Source: Candidatus Eiseniibacteriota bacterium (lineage in GTDB: Bacteria > Joyebacterota > Joyebacteria > Joyebacterales > Joyebacteraceae). From it: a stretch of DNA of 64,000 nucleotides. The notes beneath the pieces were generated by a model that ran no database searches, was not told the origin of the DNA, and was given only the letters and a program-made list of their open reading frames with translations. Position 1 is the first letter of the stretch. Each line of letters begins with the position of its first letter. Positions 55,297-62,545 of the stretch are shown one piece after another. The stretch lies in contig JAUXGN010000011.1 of the NCBI GenBank assembly GCA_030622115.1, positions 3,232 to 67,231 on the forward strand, written 5' to 3'. A program made the position numbers and the translations under genes.

Positions 55297-56181
55297 TCAA
55301 GCGCCCAGCATTCCTGATACGCGCGTCCATAGATCAATGATGCACGAGGCCGCACTTCCATCCGAATACTCGACGACACTCTGGCCCATGACCTGCGCAG
55401 CGGTTACCGCATCATCATACGGTATCAACCCCACAACGGGAATCCCTTTGCCGTGGCACCATTCCTGGATGCTCTGCGCCGCTTCGAGATTGATATCCCA
55501 CTTGTTGATGCAGACGGCCGTCGGAACCTTGAGCCCGCTTGCTACCTCCGCCACGCGCTTGAGGTCGTGCTGCCCGGACAGCGTCGGTTCCGTAACAACG
55601 AGCGCCAGACTGGCGCCCGTTATCGAAGCGATGACCGGACAACCGATGCCGGGAGACCCATCGACCACGATGAGATCGAATCCCTTCTCTTTCGCCACGC
55701 GACGGGCTTCGGTTCTGACTCGCGTGACCAGTTTCCCGGAGCTCTCTTCGGCAATGCCGAGACGTGCGTGAACGAGCGGACCGTGCTTCGTGTCCGATAC
55801 GAACCACTCTCCGTTCTTAACTTCCTCCATTGCGATGGCGTGACTGGGACAGAAGTGCGCGCAGACGCCGCACCCTTCACATGACAGCGGATCAATGGAG
55901 TAGATCCACTCGCCGTCCACGCGTGTGCGGCTTACGGCTTCGAACCGACAGACCTCCAAGCATTTGCCGACAGCATCACACTTCTTCTGGTCGAGGATAG
56001 CCGTCACCCCACCCGAGAACCCGTGGGTCTCAATCACCGACGGTGAGAGAACAAGATGCAGATCGGCCGCATCCACATCGCAGTCAGCGATAATCGTGTG
56101 TTCGGAGAGCGCGGCGAACGAAGCGACCACACTGGTCTTTCCTGTGCCGCCCTTTCCGCTGATGACAACAAGTTCCTTCAT
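55297..56181 (-). CDS. MinD/ParA-type P-loop ATPase with inserted 2x[4Fe-4S] ferredoxin domain
   Basis: ISGKGGTGKTS; CDVDAADL; CEVCRFEAV and CEGCGVCAHFCP cysteine motifs. ATGA overlap with the upstream paralog. Confidence 0.85.
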   Translation of the reverse strand: MKELVVISGKGGTGKTSVVASFAALSEHTIIADCDVDAADLHLVLSPSVIETHGFSGGVTAILDQKKCDAVGKCLEVCRFEAVSRTRVDGEWIYSIDPLSCEGCGVCAHFCPSHAIAMEEVKNGEWFVSDTKHGPLVHARLGIAEESSGKLVTRVRTEARRVAKEKGFDLIVVDGSPGIGCPVIASITGASLALVVTEPTLSGQHDLKRVAEVASGLKVPTAVCINKWDINLEAAQSIQEWCHGKGIPVVGLIPYDDAVTAAQVMGQSVVEYSDGSAASCIIDLWTRVSGMLGA

Positions 56182-57038
56182 CTCTTCTCAGCCCCCCTCA
56201 TACGGGTGAGGACAGCGTCCACCAGCTTCTCCAGCATGTCGGCATATCCAGGGACCGCAAGGACCGGCATCTCACCCCGCGCGTACGCTTCTGCAACCGT
56301 GCGACTGTGAGGAATCTTCAGAATCACCTCGAGGCCTTCCTTCTCACAGTAATCCTCAACACCTGAGTCGCCCACATCACTTCTGTTGATGACGATGCTT
56401 GTCGTCAAACCCAGTTTTCTCACGGCGCCGACTGCGAGCTTGAGATCGTTGAGACCGAAGGGGGTAGGTTCCGTCACCATCACTACCCAGTCCACACCGC
56501 GTATCGTCTCCACTACGGGACACGACGTGCCGGGTGGGGCATCGAGTATGACTATCCCTTCCTCCGGAACTGCTCTCCTCACGGCACGTATTATGGGCGT
56601 CCCCATTGCCTCTCCGACTGCGAGCCTCCCCTGCACGAAACCCAGATCTCCGGCGCTTCCTCGCTCAACAACACCGATGGGCCGTGGCACCTCCGTGATG
56701 GCGCCTTCGGGACACACCAGCGCGCATCCCCCGCATCCGTGGCAGAGGGAGGGAAACACCATCACCTTCTTCGGCAAACAGGCCAGCGCGTTGAACCGAC
56801 AGATCTCACAGCATTGGCCGCAATTCGTGCATAGCTCATGGTCTATCACCGGGACCGGGATCGACACGTCCTCTGAACGCTCGATCCCGGGTCCCAGGAA
56901 GATGTGTCCGTTCGGCTCCTCGACGTCGCAGTCAGCATATGTGGTCGGCTGGCCGCGCGCGGAGAGCAAGTGTGCGAGACAGGTGGCCAGCGTCGTCTTG
57001 CCCGTACCACCTTTGCCGCTCGCAATGGCTATCTTCAT
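56178..57038 (-). CDS. MinD/ParA-type P-loop ATPase with inserted 2x[4Fe-4S] ferredoxin domain (paralog)
   Basis: ASGKGGTGKTT; CDVEEPN; CTNCGQCCEICRF and CHGCGGCALVCP motifs. Confidence 0.85.
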   Translation of the reverse strand: MKIAIASGKGGTGKTTLATCLAHLLSARGQPTTYADCDVEEPNGHIFLGPGIERSEDVSIPVPVIDHELCTNCGQCCEICRFNALACLPKKVMVFPSLCHGCGGCALVCPEGAITEVPRPIGVVERGSAGDLGFVQGRLAVGEAMGTPIIRAVRRAVPEEGIVILDAPPGTSCPVVETIRGVDWVVMVTEPTPFGLNDLKLAVGAVRKLGLTTSIVINRSDVGDSGVEDYCEKEGLEVILKIPHSRTVAEAYARGEMPVLAVPGYADMLEKLVDAVLTRMRGAEKR

Positions 57039-57047
57039 CGAGGCTCC

Positions 57048-57464
57048 CTATTCGCCGGACCCGGCTTCGAGTTCCGACAGCCGCTTCTGCACATCCTCGA
57101 GCACGCCAGCCAGGTATTCAGCCTGCGCCTTGAGAGCGGTGGCCTCATCGGGCACCGCAACGTCCGGTGGGATGGCAGGACCGGCCGCCCCGTAGTTCCA
57201 CGGCGCCGTTCCCCCTACGCGCATCCAGCCCGGCATTCCTGTCGCGTAGTACATGTTCCGCCTGCCGTAGCCGCCGCCACGGCCACCAAAGCCGCCGCCA
57301 CGCCCGAAGCCGCCACCGCGGCCGCGTCCAAGTCCTGCTCCGACCCGGAATCCCGCGCCTCCAGTGCTCACATAGCCCGGCACATCATTGCCCGCGCAAT
57401 AGCCGGCTCTCCTACCCGTCATCGGTCCGAGTCCCTCCGGTCCCGTTCTGTCTCCTCTAGGCAT
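57048..57464 (-). CDS. DUF5320-family protein with RGG-rich core and C-terminal coiled-coil
   Basis: MPRGDRTGPEGLGPMTGRRAGYCAG N-terminus typical of DUF5320; GRGRGGGFGRGGGFGGRGGGYGRR. Start set to the ATG at 57464 (GGAGG upstream). Confidence 0.8.
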   Translation of the reverse strand: MPRGDRTGPEGLGPMTGRRAGYCAGNDVPGYVSTGGAGFRVGAGLGRGRGGGFGRGGGFGGRGGGYGRRNMYYATGMPGWMRVGGTAPWNYGAAGPAIPPDVAVPDEATALKAQAEYLAGVLEDVQKRLSELEAGSGE

Positions 57465-57485
57465 TGTGGTCACCTCCTCTTGTTC

Positions 57486-57848
57486 TCAAGTCCAATGTCC
57501 ATTCACATCGGCTGCATCAGTGGACGACAACTCTCCGCGCTTGAACTTAGCGACGGCATCCTCCACTGTTCCCTCAACCGAAGTGATGACCTCTACTCCA
57601 GCGCCGGCCAGCGTTCTGAATGCATTCGGCCCGCAGTGACCAGTCAGCAGATACTTGACGCCCAATCCGGCCACGCGCGCTGCCGCCTGCACACCGGCGC
57701 CAGATCCCGCTTCGACACCGCTCTGGTTGTCTATCGTTTCTGATGCACCCGTCTCCGTATCGATGATCACGAAATACCTCGCCCGACCGAATCTCGGATC
57801 CACATCACTCGTCATCTCCGGTCCCCGAGCCGTAACAGCTATCTTCAT
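57486..57848 (-). CDS. NifX/NafY-fold (dinitrogenase FeMo-cofactor-binding domain) protein, ORP-like, 120 aa
   Basis: MKIAVTARGPEMTSDVDPRFGRARYFVIID...YLLTGHCGPNAF. ORF 57486..58178 trimmed to the ATG at 57848 (GGAGG upstream). The upstream part of the listed ORF is an out-of-frame reading of the GR repeat. Confidence 0.8.
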   Translation of the reverse strand: MKIAVTARGPEMTSDVDPRFGRARYFVIIDTETGASETIDNQSGVEAGSGAGVQAAARVAGLGVKYLLTGHCGPNAFRTLAGAGVEVITSVEGTVEDAVAKFKRGELSSTDAADVNGHWT

Positions 57849-57852
57849 TCCT

Positions 57853-58413
57853 CTATCCTCCTTCACGCCTTCTGTCTCCCTGACCATCTCGACCTGCGCC
57901 ACGTCCACCGCCGCCACGTCCACCGCCGCCACCTCGACCTGCGCCACGTCCACCACCGCCACCTTGACCTGCGCCACGCCCACCGCCGCCACCTTGACCG
58001 GCGCCACGTCCACCGCCACCACCTCGACCGGCGCCACGTCCACCACCGCCACCTCTGCCTGCGCCACCACCTCCGGCGCCGCCGCATCCAGGCATTGCGA
58101 ACCTTCGCCCGGACAACTTGCCTTCCGCGAACGCACTAAGAACATCCTCGACCTCCCCCGACACCCACGGCATGACACTCACACCTGTCCACGCGAGAAG
58201 TCCCGCCAGTCGGCCGGAGAGCGCCCCGCAGATCAGAACGTCGAGGCCAAGATCGCCGATCAGACGCGCCCGGCGCATCATCCCCCAGCCACCAAGCCCA
58301 ACTGTTTCGACATCCGACCACGCCGTCCCGGTGAACTCGACTACCAGAAGCTCCTCAGAAGCATCCAGTACCGGCGAGACCTTCGTACCCCATATGGCTA
58401 TTCCCACACGCAT
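57853..58413 (-). CDS. NifX/NafY-fold protein with ~65-aa Gly/Arg repeat tail
   Basis: MRVGIAIWGTKVSPVLDASEELLVVEF...VLICGALSG...FAMPGCGG, followed by (GGGGGRGAGR/Q)n. Start set to the ATG at 58413 (GAGGAG upstream). Confidence 0.7.
   Translation of the reverse strand: MRVGIAIWGTKVSPVLDASEELLVVEFTGTAWSDVETVGLGGWGMMRRARLIGDLGLDVLICGALSGRLAGLLAWTGVSVMPWVSGEVEDVLSAFAEGKLSGRRFAMPGCGGAGGGGAGRGGGGGRGAGRGGGGGRGAGQGGGGGRGAGQGGGGGRGAGRGGGGGRGGGGRGAGRDGQGDRRREGG
57886..58080 (-). repeat. About 6.5 tandem copies of a 30-nt coding repeat
   Basis: Units such as ACCTCGACCTGCGCCACGTCCACCACCGCC (57931-57960), ACCTTGACCTGCGCCACGCCCACCGCCGCC and ACCTTGACCGGCGCCACGTCCACCGCCACC. Each encodes a GGGGGRGAGR decapeptide on the minus strand. 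Confidence 0.85.
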
Positions 58414-58485
58414 TCTCATCTCCTCAAGAGTCCCCGCTCTCACACACCCGTCGCTCATCGGAGGGACTCTGCAAGCAGGTACAAA

Positions 58486-58500
58486 GCAGTTTGTGTGCCC
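58486..58500 (-). promoter_or_regulatory. Sigma54 -24/-12 promoter for the ORP-like operon
   Basis: Minus strand GGGCAC-ACAAA-CTGC, against the consensus TGGCAC-N5-TTGC with correct GG/GC spacing. It lies ~75 nt upstream of the 58413 start. Confidence 0.55.
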
Positions 58501-58598
58501 AAACGGCGCGACCAACCGCCGAACCCTGTAACGGCTTATATATGGCTATGTTAGCGTGATACTGGTGAGTGCGCGAGAACGAATGCTACTGTGTGGAC

Positions 58599-58646
58599 GT
58601 TGCGGCCACGCAACTCCATATTCAGATTATGTTGCAGTACCGCAAC
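58599..58646. promoter_or_regulatory. Two GTTGC-N6-GCAAC palindromes, candidate enhancer (UAS) sites for the adjacent sigma54 activator
   Basis: GTTGCGGCCACGCAAC (58599-58614) and GTTGCAGTACCGCAAC (58631-58646). Centres are 32 bp apart and 100-150 bp upstream of the -24/-12 element. Confidence 0.45.
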
Positions 58647-58649
58647 CCC

Positions 58650-59999
58650 CTAGAGCAACCCAAGACGTTTCATCCGGCGCCAGAGCGTGGTCTTGTGAAT
58701 GCCAAGCTCCGAAGCTGTAGCGAGGCGATTCCCGCTGTTTCTCTCAAGAGCCGAAACGAGGAACTGCCGCTCCAGGGCTTCCATGGAGCGTGGGCGGCCT
58801 GTCTCCGCAGATACCGCTCCTGACTTCAGATAGGCAGGCAGATGTCGTGTTCCTATCTGTCCGGACCTGCACGTGACGAACCCGTGCTCGATGATGTTCT
58901 GTAGTTCGCGGATGTTGCCGGGGAAGTCGTGATTCATGAGTATGGACATCACTGCGTTCGAAACACCCAGAACATCGCGGTTCCGCAGGCTATTGAACTT
59001 CGCGACGAAGTGATCGACGAGGAGCGGGATGTCATCCTTGCGCTCGCGCAGAGGCGGGAGCTCGACGGTCACGACATTGATGCGATAGAAAAGATCCCGC
59101 CGGAACTCCCCCCGCTCCACAAGCTCGGGCAGGTTTCTGTTCGATGCAGAGACAATGCGGACATCGGCGATGAGTGTCTCAGTCCCCCCGAGTGGTTCGT
59201 ATGACCCATCTTCCAGCACTCTGAGAAGCTTGCTCTGCAGGGCCGGTGAGATGTCACCGATCTCATCGAGGAAGATGGTCCCGCCATTGGCGAGGGAGAA
59301 GCGCCCTGGCTTGTCACGTTTGGCGTCAGTAAAGGCTCCAGCCTTGTGACCGAAGAGCTCCGATTCAAGAAGCGTATCCGGCAGCGCTCCGCAGTTGACA
59401 ACAACCATGGGGCCGTCTGCTCGAGAACTCAGGCCGTGAATCGCCAGAGCGAGGAGTTCCTTGCCCGTGCCACTCTCACCCTGAATGAGAACGGTACTCC
59501 CGCTCTCCGCGATATCCGGGAGCATTGCGAACAGCTCCTGGATGCGGTCCTCCCTACCAATCATATCGGCGAACGTGTAGCGCCCCTCAAGCTCTCTTCT
59601 GAGATCCTGCTCAACGCTGAGATCTCTGAAGGTCTCCACGCCTCCGACTATCTCGCCCGCATCGTCCCTGAGGAGCGCCGTTGACACACTGATCGGCACA
59701 CGGCTCCCCGCTGAGTTGATGATATACACCTGTCGGCCAACGATGTGTTCCCCCGTCTCCATCGTCTCCCTCAGAGCGCAGGCAGATTCGCATATGCTCG
59801 CTCGAAACACGTCCCAGCACTGACGTCCGATCGCGTCGCTGCGGCTGGTTCCCGTGATCTCCTCGGCAGCACGATTGAAGGACGTGATCCGCCAGTCTGT
59901 ATCAATGGTGAAGACCCCTTCGGCGATGCTGTCGAGGATCACATCCTCGCAGCCTGCATCGCGGCCTTCTCCTGCCGGCTTCTCTCGCTTGCCTGTCAT
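58650..59999 (-). CDS. Sigma54-dependent transcriptional activator (PAS sensor, AAA+, Fis-type HTH)
   Basis: PAS segment ILDSIAEGVFTIDTDWRITSFNRAAEEITG; GESGTGKELLA Walker A; GAFTDA (GAFTGA variant); ELGIHKTTLWRRMKRLGL. The listed start at 60038 is TTG, so I set the start to the ATG at 59999 (AAGGAG upstream). Confidence 0.9.
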   Translation of the reverse strand: MTGKREKPAGEGRDAGCEDVILDSIAEGVFTIDTDWRITSFNRAAEEITGTSRSDAIGRQCWDVFRASICESACALRETMETGEHIVGRQVYIINSAGSRVPISVSTALLRDDAGEIVGGVETFRDLSVEQDLRRELEGRYTFADMIGREDRIQELFAMLPDIAESGSTVLIQGESGTGKELLALAIHGLSSRADGPMVVVNCGALPDTLLESELFGHKAGAFTDAKRDKPGRFSLANGGTIFLDEIGDISPALQSKLLRVLEDGSYEPLGGTETLIADVRIVSASNRNLPELVERGEFRRDLFYRINVVTVELPPLRERKDDIPLLVDHFVAKFNSLRNRDVLGVSNAVMSILMNHDFPGNIRELQNIIEHGFVTCRSGQIGTRHLPAYLKSGAVSAETGRPRSMEALERQFLVSALERNSGNRLATASELGIHKTTLWRRMKRLGLL

Positions 60000-60217
60000 C
60001 GTCGCAGACTCCTTGCCTTTGCAGTTGCGTTCCTGCAACCCCTACCACAATAGCCCTCTGCACTAGCGCGGTCAAGTCTGCGGTGAGACTGGTCTCAGAG
60101 CAGGCCGGAATATTGCTCAACAACCCATGGGTATTGGGACCGAGGCAAGTCGGTTTCGTCACCCTGTTGAGCGGATGCCAATGCATCGACGTGTGTTTTG
60201 CATCTCTCATTTCCTTA

Positions 60218-60246
60218 TTGACTTGCTATCAGGATTGTGGTATATT
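60218..60246 (+). promoter_or_regulatory. Sigma70-type promoter TTGACT-N17-TATATT with TG extension
   Basis: TTGACT 60218-60223, 17-nt spacer ending ..TGG, TATATT 60241-60246. The ~95-nt leader contains the hairpin CGAACGCC-9 nt loop-GGCGTTCG (60272-60296). Confidence 0.5.
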
Positions 60247-60347
60247 CAGGCGTCATTGTCGTCCCCGGCTTCGAACGCCTGCTCGAGAGGCGTTCGCTGG
60301 GCGACCGGCACAAAGCTGGCGTCCAGAGTTACGAAAGGTAGGGCATC

Positions 60348-60905
60348 ATGCGAATTTGTGCGGTCATAGCAGTTATCGCACTGCTCGTCGTGCCCGTCGC
60401 TGCGCAGCGGCATGTGGAGTACTTGGGCGACCCTGTTCGTGATCCGATCCCGCCCAACGGCTCCCAGTGGCATGAGCTTCACCCGAACTTCTGCCTCGTC
60501 GAGAACCAGGACGGCTACGAGGACAATGGTGACAATATCGTGAGCGTATGCGATGTCATCATCCTCGCCGGCGTCCGCTACCACATCGACTGGGCTGGAC
60601 CGACGTACTGGCTGGTCCCCACGGTAGCAGGCGATGAGCATTGGGTAGAGCCGATCGACCCCTCGGGCGGCGACCCGACGGGCGAGATCTGGCACGAGGT
60701 GTACCCGGTCTTCTGTATGGAGTGGGAAGTCATCGACTGGGAAGACAACGGCGATGAGATCCTGAGCGCGTGCGACCTGGTTACCTTGAGCGATGGCATC
60801 ACGTACCACGTTGAGGAGATCGGTCTCAACATAGAGATCACCGAGGAGCCAAGTCCCACAGAGCAGAGCACGTGGGGCAAGATCAAGAGTCTGTTCGGCA
60901 TCTAG
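60348..60905 (+). CDS. Small secreted protein with an internal two-fold Cys-containing repeat and TWGxIKxxF tail
   Basis: Signal peptide MRICAVIAVIALLVVPVAAQ. Repeats are WHELHPNFC...YEDNGDNIVSVCDVIILAGVRYHI and WHEVYPVFC...WEDNGDEILSACDLVTLSDGITYHV. Tail PSPTEQSTWGKIKSLFGI. Confidence 0.7.
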   Translation: MRICAVIAVIALLVVPVAAQRHVEYLGDPVRDPIPPNGSQWHELHPNFCLVENQDGYEDNGDNIVSVCDVIILAGVRYHIDWAGPTYWLVPTVAGDEHWVEPIDPSGGDPTGEIWHEVYPVFCMEWEVIDWEDNGDEILSACDLVTLSDGITYHVEEIGLNIEITEEPSPTEQSTWGKIKSLFGI

Positions 60906-60952
60906 AGAAGACACACTGCTGATTCTCGAGAATCAGGGGCACGACAAGACAC

Positions 60953-60990
60953 GGAACCCCGCCCGGCGAGCATGCACCGGGCGGGGTTCC
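60953..60990 (+). terminator. Strong hairpin downstream of the 60348 gene
   Basis: GGAACCCCGCCCGG-10 nt loop-CCGGGCGGGGTTCC. It is preceded by the 18-bp perfect palindrome CTGATTCTCGAGAATCAG (60919-60936). Confidence 0.55.
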
Positions 60991-60997
60991 TACGTCC

Positions 60998-61086
60998 GTC
61001 GGCGCCATCCCGCAGCGCGCCGATACGTCGGCGCCATCCCGCAGCGCGCCGATACGTCGGCGCTACTTCGCGATGCGGCCCGATAC
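60998..61086. repeat. 29-nt tandem repeat: two perfect copies plus one degenerate copy overlapping the rhodanese gene 3' end
   Basis: GTCGGCGCCATCCCGCAGCGCGCCGATAC at 60998-61026 and 61027-61055, with a degenerate third copy to ~61086. Each unit holds an internal CGGCGC/GCGCCG inverted repeat. Confidence 0.8.
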
Positions 61087-62382
61087 CTGGCGCCACTCGA
61101 GCATACCGCCATAGAAACGCTGGACATCGAGGAAGCCGGCCCGCGCCGCATCCGTCGACGTGTACCTGCTCCGGATGCATGTCGGACCGTAGCAGTAGGA
61201 TACGAACGGCATCGTCGTCCGGTCAGCTCCCGGCCAGTAGCGGCCCATATACACATCGAGCGAGTCGGCGATAAGTCTCGATGAGAGAACTACGGACCCG
61301 GGGATGTGTCCCTTCGAATGATCCCCTGGATGGCGCACATCGAGAAAAACAAATGCTTCCATCGGAGAGTCGGACCACGGCCAGCCCTGTTCCTGTTCAA
61401 CGAGGATCTTGAGTTCATCTCCGCCGATGAACCGCACGACGGGATGGCTCTCGTCCGAGACCCATCCGGTCCAGCCGGCCGGGAAGTACTTCACACGAGC
61501 TATGCCTGCTCGTCTGAGAAAGCAGTAGCCGGCAGCGCCGTTGTCTGGACTACCGTCTCCGTGAACAACAAACTCATCTTGTAGATTGACGCGACTCGAT
61601 TGGCGAGGACCTAGGAATGAGAATACCTCTCGGCACTCCTCAGGCGGAAACAGGAGGCCGTCATTCCCCACGAACTCACCAAAGTCGAACTGAAGGCTGT
61701 GCGGAATATGTCCCACTCTGTCATCGGGACCGCTCCGGGGGTCGTCCACGGGCCCTTCCCAACTACTCTTGCTCCGCGCGTCAACGATCTCGACACCCGT
61801 CACACCGTAGACGCTCTCTACGTATTCGGATGACCCAAGAAATCCAGCCGCCTCGACGGCCGCCCAGGGGGTGGATGGCAGCGCTCGCGCGGTAGTCTCA
61901 ACACTTCCACCGGTCGAAACCCAGTGCTCGTATCCTCCGTCCAGAAGCATGACCTTCCCGGCTCCAGAGACCTCAAGGGCCCAGAACACAAGTCCGGCAA
62001 CGTCAGAGTACGTCTCGTCTCCATAGCAGACAATCGTCCCGCGACCGCCGACGCCTGCTTCGCCGAACGCGTCCGACAAGCCGGCGATATCACCCTCGCG
62101 TTCCACAATGGGAAGACCGTCAGCGGGAACTGAGATGGCTCCCGGGATGTGTCCTTCCGCGTAGCTTCGGACAACGCGCGCGTCCACGATGACGACGTTC
62201 CGCGATGTGAGATTGCTCCTGAGCCAATCCACCGAGCACGCAACATCCGGATAGACCGTGTCGGGCACGCCCTCATCCTTCGCCCAGGGCGGCCAGGCCG
62301 CACCTGCATCCTGAGAAGGCCCGAACACGACCACGGCAGCGAGAAACGCCGCGGCAAACACGACCTGCCGATGACTGCGCAT
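61063..62382 (-). CDS. Exported multi-rhodanese-domain sulfurtransferase-like protein
   Basis: Signal-like MRSHRQVVFAAAFLAAVVVFGPSQDAGA. Rhodanese motifs VVIVDARVVRSYAEGHIPGAI and VFLDVRHPGDHSKGHIPGSV; Cys loops VCYGD and YCYGPTCIRS. Start set to the ATG at 62382. Confidence 0.75.
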   Translation of the reverse strand: MRSHRQVVFAAAFLAAVVVFGPSQDAGAAWPPWAKDEGVPDTVYPDVACSVDWLRSNLTSRNVVIVDARVVRSYAEGHIPGAISVPADGLPIVEREGDIAGLSDAFGEAGVGGRGTIVCYGDETYSDVAGLVFWALEVSGAGKVMLLDGGYEHWVSTGGSVETTARALPSTPWAAVEAAGFLGSSEYVESVYGVTGVEIVDARSKSSWEGPVDDPRSGPDDRVGHIPHSLQFDFGEFVGNDGLLFPPEECREVFSFLGPRQSSRVNLQDEFVVHGDGSPDNGAAGYCFLRRAGIARVKYFPAGWTGWVSDESHPVVRFIGGDELKILVEQEQGWPWSDSPMEAFVFLDVRHPGDHSKGHIPGSVVLSSRLIADSLDVYMGRYWPGADRTTMPFVSYCYGPTCIRSRYTSTDAARAGFLDVQRFYGGMLEWRQVSGRIAK

Positions 62383-62428
62383 CGCCGGCTTCCCCGCCTC
62401 GGATTTGTCTTCGCGCTCTCGACTCAAG

Positions 62429-62545
62429 TTACTTCCTCTCATTCTCTTCTCTTCCCCTCCGGACGGCTATCGCGACACACCAACCGAAGCCCCCATAGAG
62501 TACCAATCCCACGAGTATGCTCGTGACCCACGCTGCGACCGACAT
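62429..62545 (-). CDS. Unlisted 38-aa single-TM protein, MetS-like small subunit of the NSS transporter
   Basis: Minus-strand translation is MSVAAWVTSILVGLVLYGGFGWCVAIAVRRGREENERK*. Its ATG shares 1 nt with the NSS stop (TGATG), and AAGGAG lies 8 nt upstream. Below the 60-aa cut-off of the ORF track. Confidence 0.5.
   Translation of the reverse strand: MSVAAWVTSILVGLVLYGGFGWCVAIAVRRGREENERK

Noticed and set aside
57886-58080. Possible CRISPR array (regular ~30-nt repeats); likewise 60998-61086
   Set aside because: The repeats are directly adjacent with no unique spacers. The first array is in-frame coding sequence, and no cas genes are present in the window.
57486-58178. Long N-terminal extension of the NifX-fold ORF (VAVVDVAPVEVV... 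repeats), plus ORFs 57655..58554(+) and 57863..58087(-)
   Set aside because: They are alternative-frame readings of the 30-nt GR-encoding repeat. The real gene starts at the ATG at 57848 with a GGAGG SD, and the upstream gene ends at 57853.
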